From an uncultured Thermococci archaeon (GTDB lineage: Archaea > CAYQAE01 > CAYVLA01), in the NCBI GenBank assembly GCA_964549615.1, contig CAZJVP010000081.1, positions 1-64,000 of the forward strand: a DNA stretch of 64,000 nt. The letters are read 5' to 3'. Positions 39,732-49,177 of this stretch are shown in pieces. The translations under genes were made by a program, and so were the position numbers. Below the pieces are notes generated by a model. That model had not been told where the DNA came from, searched no databases, and saw only the letters and a list, made by a program, of their open reading frames with translations. How positions within the stretch are numbered: position 1 is the first letter of the stretch; every line of letters starts with the position of its first letter.

Positions 39732-40091
39732 GTGAATTTGGACAAGAAGGATGTCCTCAAAGCGCTCCAGAAGGTCTATGATCCGGAACACCCGATCTCC
39801 GTGCTCGATCTGAAGATCGTCAGCGAAGATGATATCAGGATGCTGCCGGGCCGAATAGAGCTTGAGTTCTCGCCCACCACGCCCTTCTGCCCGATGGGCG
39901 GCGCGATCGGGGTCGTGATCAAGTACGCTCTTGAGAAGCAGCTTGGGGTCCCCGTGGACGTCAAGGTCAAGCCCGGCACGCACGTCCAAGAGAAAACCCT
40001 CAACGAGACGCTGAGCGATCCTGCCAAGTACGAGGCAGCACGAAAGAGGTTCGAAGAGCTGGGCATCATGGACCAGTGTATCCAGAGCTAG
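39732..40091 (+). CDS. DUF59/MIP18-family Fe-S cluster assembly protein
   Basis: VLKALQKVYDPEHPISVLDL.IV and PTTPFCPMG motifs. Confidence 0.88.
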   Translation: MNLDKKDVLKALQKVYDPEHPISVLDLKIVSEDDIRMLPGRIELEFSPTTPFCPMGGAIGVVIKYALEKQLGVPVDVKVKPGTHVQEKTLNETLSDPAKYEAARKRFEELGIMDQCIQS

Positions 40092-40173
40092 GATCGGCTG
40101 GGTGCGCAACCTGCGAGTACGAAACCTAGGCGCTCGACATGTTTCCACCTGCTGCCGCGCAGTTGGTGTAAGA

Positions 40174-41433
40174 TCAATTGACGGATATTGCACGCGTGAT
40201 GCGGTAGTTGCTGGGCTTGAAGCCCACCCCGTATGTTGTGGAGGTCGTCTCGCAAACGTAGTACTTCGTCCCGTTAACTTCGTAGAAGTCGCCTGACGCA
40301 CCTGCTACCGAGACTCCAACCATCATGTGGTCCTCCTCTCCATCGCCGTTTGTGTCGACCAGTAGGAGCACGACGGGATATCCTTCGCTTCCAGCAGAAC
40401 GCATTAGTCGTGCGGCAAGAACCGACGTGTCCTCGCAGTCGCCTCCTCCCTCCACCAGCGTCTCAAGCGGGTGCCTGACGTAGCCCTGGTCGGGTGCGTC
40501 GTAGATGTAGGGCAGGTACTGAACGAACTTGAGGATGTTGTTGACCCTTTGCAGATCGGTCGCAGCCTGACCATATAGATAATCCGCAAGCAGTTCGACA
40601 TCATTGCACGGCGTCTGCAGGACCTTGATGAAGGATTCTTCCTCGGCGTCACTGTAATGCGGTCCGACCGCTAGTGCGATATACTCGCTTCTGTTGAACC
40701 CGGTTCCGCGCAACCCGCTCGCGCCTTTCGACCAGTGCCTCTGACCCAAGTAGAACCAATCATAGTCTCGGTATATCTCACCCGCGAGGGAAATGGCATC
40801 TTCAAACTGGCGGAGCCGCGCACTGGAATCGTTGTAGAGCCCAAGCAGCCGCTCGTTTGAGGCCGTCAGGCTTTCGAGCTCTTGCATGATCGAGCTGATG
40901 TTCCGGTTCAGACCCTCAATGTCCGCATATGCCCCGGCAAGCATCTCCTCCAACACGGCACACGTTGCCCGCGACTCAGCGAGCTGGGCAGCCGATTCCT
41001 CGAGGAGTATCTTAAGATCATCTGCTTGGCGCTGCAACAGCGCAAGCGACTCGCTTGAGTTGCAGTATTGGTACGTGAGCTCCGATAGCGTCTGATTGAG
41101 TTGGGAATTGCGGGCCAGAAGGCTCTCTTTCTCCGCGGAAAGAGAGCTCAGGTAATCCTTCAACCCATCCATCTCAACCTGCATATCGCGCAGGTTCTCC
41201 TTCTCGGTCCTCAGCTCGACGAGCGTTCTCGCCAGCTCCATTGAAATGGCGTCCCTCTCGGCCGCTACGTCTCGATACATCCCTTTCCACAAACGATGCC
41301 TTCCCGTAGCAAGGTTCTGGTACCCAGCCTGCACGGCAAAGATCAGGCATAGCCCCGAGATAACGATCAACAAGGTGCAGATCGCTCTGGATGGTGGCGA
41401 CAAGGAAGACGACCTCCCGCGCTCCAGCGGCAC
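40174..41433 (-). CDS. Membrane-anchored coiled-coil protein with C-terminal transglutaminase-like (papain-fold) domain
   Basis: N-terminal TM, ~170-aa heptad coiled coil, then FVQYLPY..D, P.ETL..GGGDCEDTS (Cys), HMMVGV (His), YYVCETT. Confidence 0.8.
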   Translation of the reverse strand: MPLERGRSSSLSPPSRAICTLLIVISGLCLIFAVQAGYQNLATGRHRLWKGMYRDVAAERDAISMELARTLVELRTEKENLRDMQVEMDGLKDYLSSLSAEKESLLARNSQLNQTLSELTYQYCNSSESLALLQRQADDLKILLEESAAQLAESRATCAVLEEMLAGAYADIEGLNRNISSIMQELESLTASNERLLGLYNDSSARLRQFEDAISLAGEIYRDYDWFYLGQRHWSKGASGLRGTGFNRSEYIALAVGPHYSDAEEESFIKVLQTPCNDVELLADYLYGQAATDLQRVNNILKFVQYLPYIYDAPDQGYVRHPLETLVEGGGDCEDTSVLAARLMRSAGSEGYPVVLLLVDTNGDGEEDHMMVGVSVAGASGDFYEVNGTKYYVCETTSTTYGVGFKPSNYRITRAISVN

Positions 41434-41657
41434 CAGCCTCGCATCTATTAATCTCTCTCGGCTGGCCTTTTCACGCGAATGCTGGGTCCGATTCCTCGTC
41501 TCAACGCTTCCTCCAGACGTTCCTCAACTCCTCGGCGTGCCGGCGACACACCCACACTCCCCATCCACTTGCTGCATGACTCAGAAGCATCAGGTCATGC
41601 AAACGGACCATGGCGCCTGAACCCATCTTTGGAGTCGCATGGTTCACTGCAGCGCCG

Positions 41658-41671
41658 CGATACATGTATCG
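41658..41671. promoter_or_regulatory. Palindromic site 1 (CGATACATGTATCG)
   Basis: Perfect palindrome that extends to 16 bp (41657-41672), in the divergent intergenic region. Confidence 0.6.
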
Positions 41672-41840
41672 CAAGAGGATACCCCGAAACCGAAGGCTGC
41701 AAGACGACCCACCTCTACGGCCATCCATGGCCGGATCTCTCGTCGAACATTTGCGATTCAAGTAAATACCATTCCCCTGAGTTGCAAAGTCTTTTTATTG
41801 GCCGAAAGGGATCCTGATCGTCCAACGAGGAGGAGAACGA

Positions 41841-42236
41841 ATGAGGACGGCGCTGCTCAAGGGAAAAACGCTCTACACGCCCTATGGCAGGCTTAGATGT
41901 CCTACCGGCCTGGCCGGCTCGGATGGGGACGGGCAGGCGCCGCTGTTCTCTGGCTCCACTCCTCGCGGATGCATAAGGCGACAGGGGGGCCAGATCCTCG
42001 CCGACATCTGGGACAACAAGGGCACCTGGCTCCTTGAGACCTTCATAGTCGAGATGCCGCAGACGACCGTGAAGCTCCAGGAAAAAGCCCATCCCCTTCC
42101 GAAACGCGGCACCACGACGCAGTATACTCTGACGATCCCGAAGAACATCGTGGAGTCGCTGTCGTGGAAAAAGGGGGATCGGATTAGGGTCGCCATGGTA
42201 TCCGACGACACCGTCGAGATGTTCAAGAAGGCATAG
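41841..42236 (+). CDS. AbrB/MazE/SpoVT-family DNA-binding protein
   Basis: C-terminal 60 aa VKLQ..QYTLTIPKNIVESLSWKKGDRI; GAGGAGGAG RBS before the ATG at 41841; TTTTTA TATA-like element at ~41792. An alternative start is at 42054. Confidence 0.78.
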   Translation: MRTALLKGKTLYTPYGRLRCPTGLAGSDGDGQAPLFSGSTPRGCIRRQGGQILADIWDNKGTWLLETFIVEMPQTTVKLQEKAHPLPKRGTTTQYTLTIPKNIVESLSWKKGDRIRVAMVSDDTVEMFKKA

Positions 42237-42778
42237 CGCGGTCGAACCACCGACGCGAGGCCTTCTTTACCTATCCCCGCGGCGCTCCGAACAATCCTGC
42301 GCGAAGCTTTCGCCATCCTTCGTCCCGAACAGACCATTCCGTCTCGCTAGCCGGCCATTCCAGCCGACGGCGAGAACCGATGCAAAACGTCCCGGAAGAC
42401 CACTCGTTCCCTTCGGTTCCCCGCGACTCCCTCCGATCATCCCAGGACTGGAGGCGAACGGAATCCAAAAGGTGAGCGGCCCTATGCCCATCTCACTGGG
42501 CCCAGTCAGCACACGATGGTCGCCACGTATCCACACCGACCTAAGTCTCCGTCCGAATGCTGCGGCACGAATGTCGTGAGCTCGCCGGCCGCGGCCAGGC
42601 AATGCCCGTGAAGGATCGGGGTTGGCGATGATACAGGATTGAGCGGCGGTGGCCAACGCATCAACGGGGCAATAGGTCCCTCCTACTTGGGGATCGACGG
42701 ACCTGCGATCAATACGAAACAAGTGGTCAGCGACAAAGTTCACGGCAAAGCTCATTGCAGCGGCGCGGAATACCCGAC

Positions 42779-42792
42779 TGACACATGTGTCA
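42779..42792. promoter_or_regulatory. Palindromic site 2 (TGACACATGTGTCA)
   Basis: Perfect 14-bp palindrome matching YGAYAC-WT-GTRTCR. Confidence 0.6.
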
Positions 42793-43044
42793 ACCTACCG
42801 CGCCGCCGCAACAGGCGCTTCTTGCTTGAACTGGAAGACCCTGATGGTCCTCATTGATCGACACTCGAATCAGTCGAGTCCGTCGAATGCGCTGATGCAT
42901 CGTGAAGCCACATCGACGGGACCGTCCTCCTTCGTAGCTTCCCAGCAGACTTGCCCACAGACCAGCCTGCAGGGGAGAGGTTTTCTGAGGTAGCCAAAGG
43001 TGCGCAGATCGATTCCGTCGCTTTGTGGTCAACGCCGTCGTGAA

Positions 43045-43058
43045 TGCCACATGTATCA
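43045..43058. promoter_or_regulatory. Palindromic site 3 (TGCCACATGTATCA)
   Basis: One mismatch to YGAYAC-WT-GTRTCR. Confidence 0.4.
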
Positions 43059-43883
43059 ACGTCACGAAACTCGGCGAGCTAGGAAGCAAGCCGCCCAGAG
43101 CCACGGGGGCGTTTCTCCCGACGCAATTCGGAAGGTGAGCGGATTCCCGAACCTCCTTGCAAGGGATCCATTCGATGCAGCGCCGAACGCCACGCAGCCT
43201 GCGCGTGCCGGGTTGTTCCCTTGAAAGAGCAACCGACAACCTGGGCGGAACTGCAGGAAGGCGAGCAGACGCTTAAAGGAAGACCCGAATGTTCGGGTGA
43301 CGTTGCCTCCCGAAAAGAAGGAAATGGCGGAAAGCTCGACTGGGCTTCGTCGGCGAGGAAATATTCTCCGCAACCTTGAACCCTCGATGCGCTTGCTATC
43401 TAGCCCTCCAAGAAGGTTGCACACGTAGGTTCATGGGCGGGGAATGATCCCGACCGGCCGAACACTGCTACCGCCCGATCCTAGGAATGCTACTCTTTCA
43501 CGAGGAGAAGGGAACATTCCCTACAGGGAATGATATTTCGCGGCCTCGGCACGGCCAACCTCAGAGACTGAAGTGCTGACGCGCCCGTGCGCCGAAGGTC
43601 GCGGAAGGGCTCTTGACAGGGATGACCCGCCTCGGTGCAGTGCCACCTTCCTATCAAGGACAGGCCGCGGCGCGGAAAGCACCGACATCCGTGCCGGGAA
43701 GCCAGATGAACAATTCCCTTGATCGGCCGCAAGTTCACCGTTGAGAATCCTCTTGGGCCTTCAGCCGACCTTGAGCATGAGTGCAATACGAGACAGACGT
43801 GCACCTGGAACCGGCACCGCCAGCGCCCTGACCAGGAGGGGCGGGATTCGCGAAACGGGCAACGCACCGGATGAGACGCCGCC

Positions 43884-43918
43884 AAAGATATTTAATGCGC
43901 GCATTGATACTTGTATCA
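43884..43918 (+). promoter_or_regulatory. BRE/TATA box followed by palindromic site 4 (TGATACTTGTATCA, 43905-43918)
   Basis: AAAGA-TATTTAAT (43884-43896), then the palindrome close to the expected start site, then a GGAGG RBS and TTG at 43931. This is the usual layout of a repressor site. Confidence 0.65.
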
Positions 43919-43930
43919 GGAGGCAGCTGG

Positions 43931-44596
43931 TTGCCGGTCACCCTCACGGGAGAGGAATACGTCGATATCATGGGCGTCCTCTTCGCCTCGCAGTACCTTT
44001 CAGGTCGAGAGTCGTACCTGCGTCTTACGCAATGGAAGGACGAGATAACGAACGTGCTGGGCCAGAACGGCTTCTCCCAAGACAAGATCGAGCAACTTTC
44101 CAAGAGATTCACGCAGAAGGTCGAGCAGATCCGCGAGCAGACGGCGGACTGGCGCGAGAAACTGTTTGAAACTACGGGGATTACCCCCGCGCCGGGCACC
44201 GAAACCACGTCCGTGAGGATGCTGGCCCAAGATAACCAGATCATCGACATGCTGGTTGACCTAGGCTTCCAGAACTCACGAAGCGATGCGATCGCGTACT
44301 TTGCCCACAAGGGGATAGAGTACCATAGGTACTGGCTCTGGCTCCATAAGGATGACATTGCAAAGGCGATAATCTCGCACAGGAAGATCGCCGATGAAAT
44401 CAGGGGCAGGAGCGAGATTCCCGTCCACTGCCCAAGGTGCAAGCAGGTCCTCGCCATGCACAGCGACTATGTGATCTGGCGGTCGGGAGGCGTAAGTCCG
44501 ACCACCGTCACCTGTCCGACCTGCAAGACGAGATGGACCTACGAGATCGATGTGCGGGGCAAGGTTGCCACGAGGCCCGCAACGGGTACTCGGTAG
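43931..44596 (+). CDS. Ribbon-helix-helix plus Zn-ribbon putative transcription regulator
   Basis: RHH-like TTSVRM...QIIDMLVDLGFQNSRSDAI; C-terminal CPRC...CPTC; TTG start after GGAGG. Confidence 0.7.
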   Translation: MPVTLTGEEYVDIMGVLFASQYLSGRESYLRLTQWKDEITNVLGQNGFSQDKIEQLSKRFTQKVEQIREQTADWREKLFETTGITPAPGTETTSVRMLAQDNQIIDMLVDLGFQNSRSDAIAYFAHKGIEYHRYWLWLHKDDIAKAIISHRKIADEIRGRSEIPVHCPRCKQVLAMHSDYVIWRSGGVSPTTVTCPTCKTRWTYEIDVRGKVATRPATGTR

Positions 44597-44602
44597 CAGC
44601 CC

Positions 44603-44616
44603 TGATACTTGTATCG
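44603..44616. promoter_or_regulatory. Palindromic site 5 (TGATACTTGTATCG)
   Basis: 13 bp identical to site 4; lies 6 nt after the RHH gene stop and ~150 nt upstream of polX. Confidence 0.6.
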
Positions 44617-44768
44617 AACGCGCGCATCGAAGGTCCCCGTTCCCCAGTTCCTCTAACCAAGCCGAGCCTCTTGCCCGGGGCTCCCATTCCTGCACAAGCA
44701 CATCGGCCTAAAGAGGCGTTGCGCAAGATTAATGGGCCAAGCCGGAGACCCTAGATCAGTGTAGCGCC

Positions 44769-46496
44769 TTGCTGAACGCAGACGTTGCCGAGGCGTTGGA
44801 CGAGATCGCGGACATCCTGGAGATCCAAGGGGATAGGTTTAGGCCGAGGGCGTACAGGAGGGCCGCACGCTCGATCGAGAGCTCATCGGCCGACCTGGTC
44901 CAGCTGATGGCCTCCAACCAGCTCACCCGTATCCCCGGGGTAGGCGAGAGCATTGCCTCAAAGATTAGCGAGTTCGTACAGACCGGCCGGATCACCTATC
45001 TGGAAGAACTGCGCAAGAAGGTCCCGAGCGGGGTGGCCCAACTTCTCAAGATCCCGGACGTTGGGCCGAAGACGGTCAAGCTCTTCTATGAGAAGCTGGG
45101 CATAGCCTCGATCGACGATCTAGAGCGGGCGATAGAGAGCAAGAAGCTTAGGACACTCAAGGGCATCGGGCCGAAGACCGAGGAGAACCTGATCCGGGGA
45201 ATCAACCTCGTGCGGAGGGGAGGCAGCAGGATGTTGTTGGGACGTGCCCTTCCCGTCGGCCTTGAGATCCAAAGACACCTCTCATCCACGCCGGGCGTGC
45301 AGAGGATCAGCCTAGCCGGATCGCTCAGAAGGATGAAGGAAACGGTGGGAGATCTTGACGTTCTTGTAACGTCGTCCTCACCGCCCGTGGTCACGGAAGC
45401 GTTCACGTCGATGCCGATGGTCAAGCACATCCTGGCCAAAGGTGAAACGAAGTCGAGCGTTCTGCTCACCAACGGCCTTCAGGTTGACCTGAGGATCGTT
45501 CCCGACGACTGCTTCGGCAGCGCGCTCCAGTACTTCACCGGCTCGAAGGAACATAACATCAAGCTCAGGGAGATCGCCCAACGGCGCAGCATGAAGCTCA
45601 GCGAATACGGGTTGTTCGACGCGAGCGGCAGGAGGATCGCGGGCAGGAACGAGGAAGAGATATACCGTTCGCTGGGGATGAGTTACATCGAGCCAGAGCT
45701 CCGCGAAAACACAGGGGAGATCGAGGCCGCCGCCGAGGGCAAGCTTCCCAAGATCATCACGACCGGCGACATAAGGGGCGACTTCCACGTGCACAGCTCA
45801 TGGAGCGATGGCAACCAAGACATACTGAGCATCGCGCTCAAAGCGCGCGCCCTGGGCTACGAGTACATATGCATCACGGACCACTCCCATACCCTCAGGA
45901 TCGCCAGGGGTTTGCACGAAGACCAGGTCCTGAAGCAGGTCGACGAGATACGAGAAGTGAACGCGCAGCTTGGCGATCGGCCGAAGGTGCTGGCCGGACT
46001 GGAAGTGGACATCAAGGCCGACGGTTCCCTCGACACCAAGGATGAGGTTTTGGAGCAGCTCGACCTGGTGATCGCGAGTGTTCACTCCCGCCTCAAGTCG
46101 ACCCGCGCGTCGATGACGGAGAGGATGGTCCAAGCGCTCTCGACGGGACTGGTCTCCATACTTGGGCATCCAACCGGCCGGATTCTGGGGCAGAGGGAAG
46201 CATGCGCGCTTGATGAAGACGTGTTATTCGATGCGGCGTTGCAGCACCGGACATGGATGGAGATCAACGCCTTTCCGGATCGCCTCGACCTAGACGAAGG
46301 AATGGCGAGGAGAGCCGCAGGCATGGGCATCAAGCTTGCGATCGGCACCGACAGCCACGACGTTGAACAGCTTAACTACATGATGTTCGGCGTGGCAGTG
46401 GCACGAAGATCCTGGCTCGAGCGAAAGGATGTGGCCAACTGCATGGGCAAGGCCGAAGTCGTCCGGGCGCTTGCGGAGATGAGAGCTAGACGGTAG
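44769..46496 (+). CDS. polX: DNA polymerase X / PHP 3'-5' exonuclease
   Basis: RAYRRAA, HhH IPGVG/IPDVGPK/LKGIGPK, AGSLRR, GDLD, VDLR, YFTGS; PHP motifs DFHVHS, TDHSH, GHPTGR, GTDSH. Confidence 0.95.
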   Translation: MLNADVAEALDEIADILEIQGDRFRPRAYRRAARSIESSSADLVQLMASNQLTRIPGVGESIASKISEFVQTGRITYLEELRKKVPSGVAQLLKIPDVGPKTVKLFYEKLGIASIDDLERAIESKKLRTLKGIGPKTEENLIRGINLVRRGGSRMLLGRALPVGLEIQRHLSSTPGVQRISLAGSLRRMKETVGDLDVLVTSSSPPVVTEAFTSMPMVKHILAKGETKSSVLLTNGLQVDLRIVPDDCFGSALQYFTGSKEHNIKLREIAQRRSMKLSEYGLFDASGRRIAGRNEEEIYRSLGMSYIEPELRENTGEIEAAAEGKLPKIITTGDIRGDFHVHSSWSDGNQDILSIALKARALGYEYICITDHSHTLRIARGLHEDQVLKQVDEIREVNAQLGDRPKVLAGLEVDIKADGSLDTKDEVLEQLDLVIASVHSRLKSTRASMTERMVQALSTGLVSILGHPTGRILGQREACALDEDVLFDAALQHRTWMEINAFPDRLDLDEGMARRAAGMGIKLAIGTDSHDVEQLNYMMFGVAVARRSWLERKDVANCMGKAEVVRALAEMRARR

Positions 46497-46719
46497 TTCC
46501 GTCCCATGAGTGCTCGAGAAGTGTGTTTTGCATGGGCTAGCGACCTAGCATCGACTCCATGCATCGATCGAACCGCTCCGGAGGGCTCTACAAAGACATT
46601 TTTATGGATTTGGGAGGGCCGGACGGGAAGCCTGTGCGAAAGTGTTTTAGGCGGCCGTACTATCCCATTTTGAGGGGCGCTCCTTGGATAAGCTAGAATC
46701 CACAATTGTGCTGGCCGGC

Positions 46720-49167
46720 ATGAGGCTTTCCCCTTTGGAGATCGCCGCACTTGTATCCTCGTCGCTAGCCTTGGCAGTCCTCGTGGCGAGGATGGCACCG
46801 GTTGGAGCATACAAGCTCCCGGCCGCGATCGTTGTGTTTCTACTTGCCGCGATGGCCCAGCTCGCCCAGATCCAAAGATCCGGACCGCGGGACGCCGTGA
46901 GGATCATCGGGCCCCTGAGCCTAATCTGGATCGGGGCAGTTTCCCCCGTCATCTCGATCCAACTCATCGCGATACTTGCGGCACTGGTGATGTCCGCCGT
47001 CCTGGCGCTGCGCGCAAGGATCTATTCGATGAAGATGACTGACGTCGCGTTGATCGTCGTATCATCGCTGGCGGTCGGGGCTTTCGTATCCGCCCCCAAG
47101 GTCATGGGATACCTGACCATAATGGGACCGGGCACGGCCTTTGCGCTGTCCGCACTGATCTGCTTCATGGGCGAAACGTGGGCGCTCTCCAAGCCTGGGA
47201 CTGAAAACCTGCCAAGGACGGCATTCGCTCCGCTCGCCGTCCTAGGGGTCTACCGTCTCGGCCTCTCCAGCATCGACAACGCAGGGGCGATCATCCTCGC
47301 CGGGCTCTTCTACTACCTTGCGTTCCTGCGGTTGCTGAGGAGCAGGGCGAAGATAATGCATATCCTCGTCCTGGTGGTCGGATCCCTCGCGCTGTCCGGA
47401 TTCCTCTGGGGCGAGATCCCCCCGTTGCTGGGAACCGTGGGCTCGGACGCGGAGTGGTTCCTTTTGACGAACTCAGCATTCATGCTTGTGGTTTCCCTTT
47501 GCTACTATCTGTTCACCCCGGGGATAGTGGTCGTGATGACCATTCCGATCTGGTTCCTTGGTCTCTACTGGGTGTTGGACAGGTTCCTAGGCGATTATAG
47601 GCTGGCGGGCGTGTTCAGGGGCGCCGAGCTTGTGGTGGCGGTCGTCGCGTTGGCCGCGGCGTTGGGAGCCATGCAGTACGCGTCCAGAAGGGCTGCGGCC
47701 ACGGCTTACGGTGCCCCGGGAAGGTTTCAGATGAAACACATAGTCGTCTTGCTGATCGCGGCCATCGCCACGGGATCGTTCCTGACTGAGCCCACGCAGA
47801 TGGGATACTCTCCGATTCAGGATCAATCGACGTGGTTCTTCGTCTCATCCGGGACGTTTCTTCTCTTAATGATCGCGCTGTCGGCAGCATTCAGCTCAAG
47901 GGCAGTGGCTGCGGTCTTCGGCCCATTCATAATCCTGTTCGGGTCAAGGGTGGTAGGAGGACAGCTTCAGTACGGACCCCAGATCTTCCTTGGTGTGGCG
48001 GTGCTTCTCTCGATCCTCTCGTGGCTTGTTCTACTTGGAACGGATTTCGTGTCCCGGACCGTCGACTCGTTCATCGGGAGGTACACGGAACGCATGGCCG
48101 CCGTGTGGCGCTCCGAGGGCAAGGAAGAGGAGGCTGCAAAGGAGGAGTCAGCGGCTCTGAAGGGAAGGGAGGGACAGGCCCTCCAGATGCCCCCCGACCT
48201 GGACGAGCGGATACGCCGCATAAAGGCGCGCCTTGCCATCGACGAGGGCATCATCCGAGAGGTGGTGACTAACCTCTTGATGGGAAAGGATGTAATCCTG
48301 ATCGGTTCGCCGGGGACGGGCAAGACGGAGCTTGCAAAGATGATCCCCTCGATCATATTCGACAAGCCCTACAGGGTGGAGACGGCCACCTCGGACTGGA
48401 CGACGTACGACGTCATCGGCGGCCTGATGTACGATGGAAAGAAGATGACCATCAAGCATGGCTGCGTCACCCAGACCGCGCTCCAAGGCGAATGGCTGAT
48501 CATAGACGAGTTCAACAGGGCTGACATAGACAAGGCCTTCGGTGGAATGTTCACCGCGATCGAGTCGCACCGCCTGAACGTCCCGACCCTAGACAATACT
48601 ACGAGGACCATCCGAATACCCGACGACTATAGGATCATCGGCACCCTGAACACGTACGACAGGCACTTTTTGTTCAACATATCATACGCCCTGATGCGCC
48701 GGTTCGCCTTCATCGGGATGCCCATACCTCCGCGAGACGAGGAGCGAGCGATCCTCACCGGAGAGAGGGGAGTGGCGTTCGAGGACCTCAAGCAGGCACT
48801 GGGGCGCGGGAGGGTCGAGAGGGTGCTTTCCAGCACGCCCTACCGGAGCATAGTCGACAAGCTTCTCGACGCCATGAACCCCACCACTGGCATCAGGAAG
48901 ATAAGGGGGATCGGGACGGCCCAGATGATCGACACCATGAGGTTCGTGCTGATGGGAATGCTCACCCAAGGGGACGCTCAGCACTTGGACCTTCTGGACC
49001 GAGCGATCGAGTCCAATGTCCTTCCGCAGTTGGACGGCATGAACAGGGAAATAGACGAGGAGCTTGTGCAGACCATCGAGAGGGTCCTCGGCAAGGACTC
49101 CAGGGTTGCCTCGGAACTCAGGGCAATGACCATGGGACTTGACATACTTGACCAGCTCGCAGCATGA
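46720..49167 (+). CDS. McrB-family AAA+ GTPase with N-terminal polytopic membrane domain
   Basis: About 440 aa of hydrophobic segments (14-16 by eye); Walker A GSPGTGKT, WTTYDVIGG, Walker B WLIIDEFNRA, McrB signature GTLNTYD (NxxD), ALMRRFAF, ..LPQLDG. Confidence 0.85.
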   Translation: MRLSPLEIAALVSSSLALAVLVARMAPVGAYKLPAAIVVFLLAAMAQLAQIQRSGPRDAVRIIGPLSLIWIGAVSPVISIQLIAILAALVMSAVLALRARIYSMKMTDVALIVVSSLAVGAFVSAPKVMGYLTIMGPGTAFALSALICFMGETWALSKPGTENLPRTAFAPLAVLGVYRLGLSSIDNAGAIILAGLFYYLAFLRLLRSRAKIMHILVLVVGSLALSGFLWGEIPPLLGTVGSDAEWFLLTNSAFMLVVSLCYYLFTPGIVVVMTIPIWFLGLYWVLDRFLGDYRLAGVFRGAELVVAVVALAAALGAMQYASRRAAATAYGAPGRFQMKHIVVLLIAAIATGSFLTEPTQMGYSPIQDQSTWFFVSSGTFLLLMIALSAAFSSRAVAAVFGPFIILFGSRVVGGQLQYGPQIFLGVAVLLSILSWLVLLGTDFVSRTVDSFIGRYTERMAAVWRSEGKEEEAAKEESAALKGREGQALQMPPDLDERIRRIKARLAIDEGIIREVVTNLLMGKDVILIGSPGTGKTELAKMIPSIIFDKPYRVETATSDWTTYDVIGGLMYDGKKMTIKHGCVTQTALQGEWLIIDEFNRADIDKAFGGMFTAIESHRLNVPTLDNTTRTIRIPDDYRIIGTLNTYDRHFLFNISYALMRRFAFIGMPIPPRDEERAILTGERGVAFEDLKQALGRGRVERVLSSTPYRSIVDKLLDAMNPTTGIRKIRGIGTAQMIDTMRFVLMGMLTQGDAQHLDLLDRAIESNVLPQLDGMNREIDEELVQTIERVLGKDSRVASELRAMTMGLDILDQLAA

Positions 49168-49177
49168 GGTGCGGCCG

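Noticed and set aside
43120-43370. GGAAGG..GAGCA and GAGGAA segments reminiscent of SRP RNA or RNase P RNA
   Set aside because: The surrounding helices and conserved motifs could not be built; left for an Rfam search.
46720-49167. Alternative call as a MoxR-family ATPase
   Set aside because: It lacks the MoxR ATQNP..EGT..LPEAQLDRF motif, has the McrB NxxD signature, and is followed by an McrC-like gene rather than a vWA/DUF58 gene.
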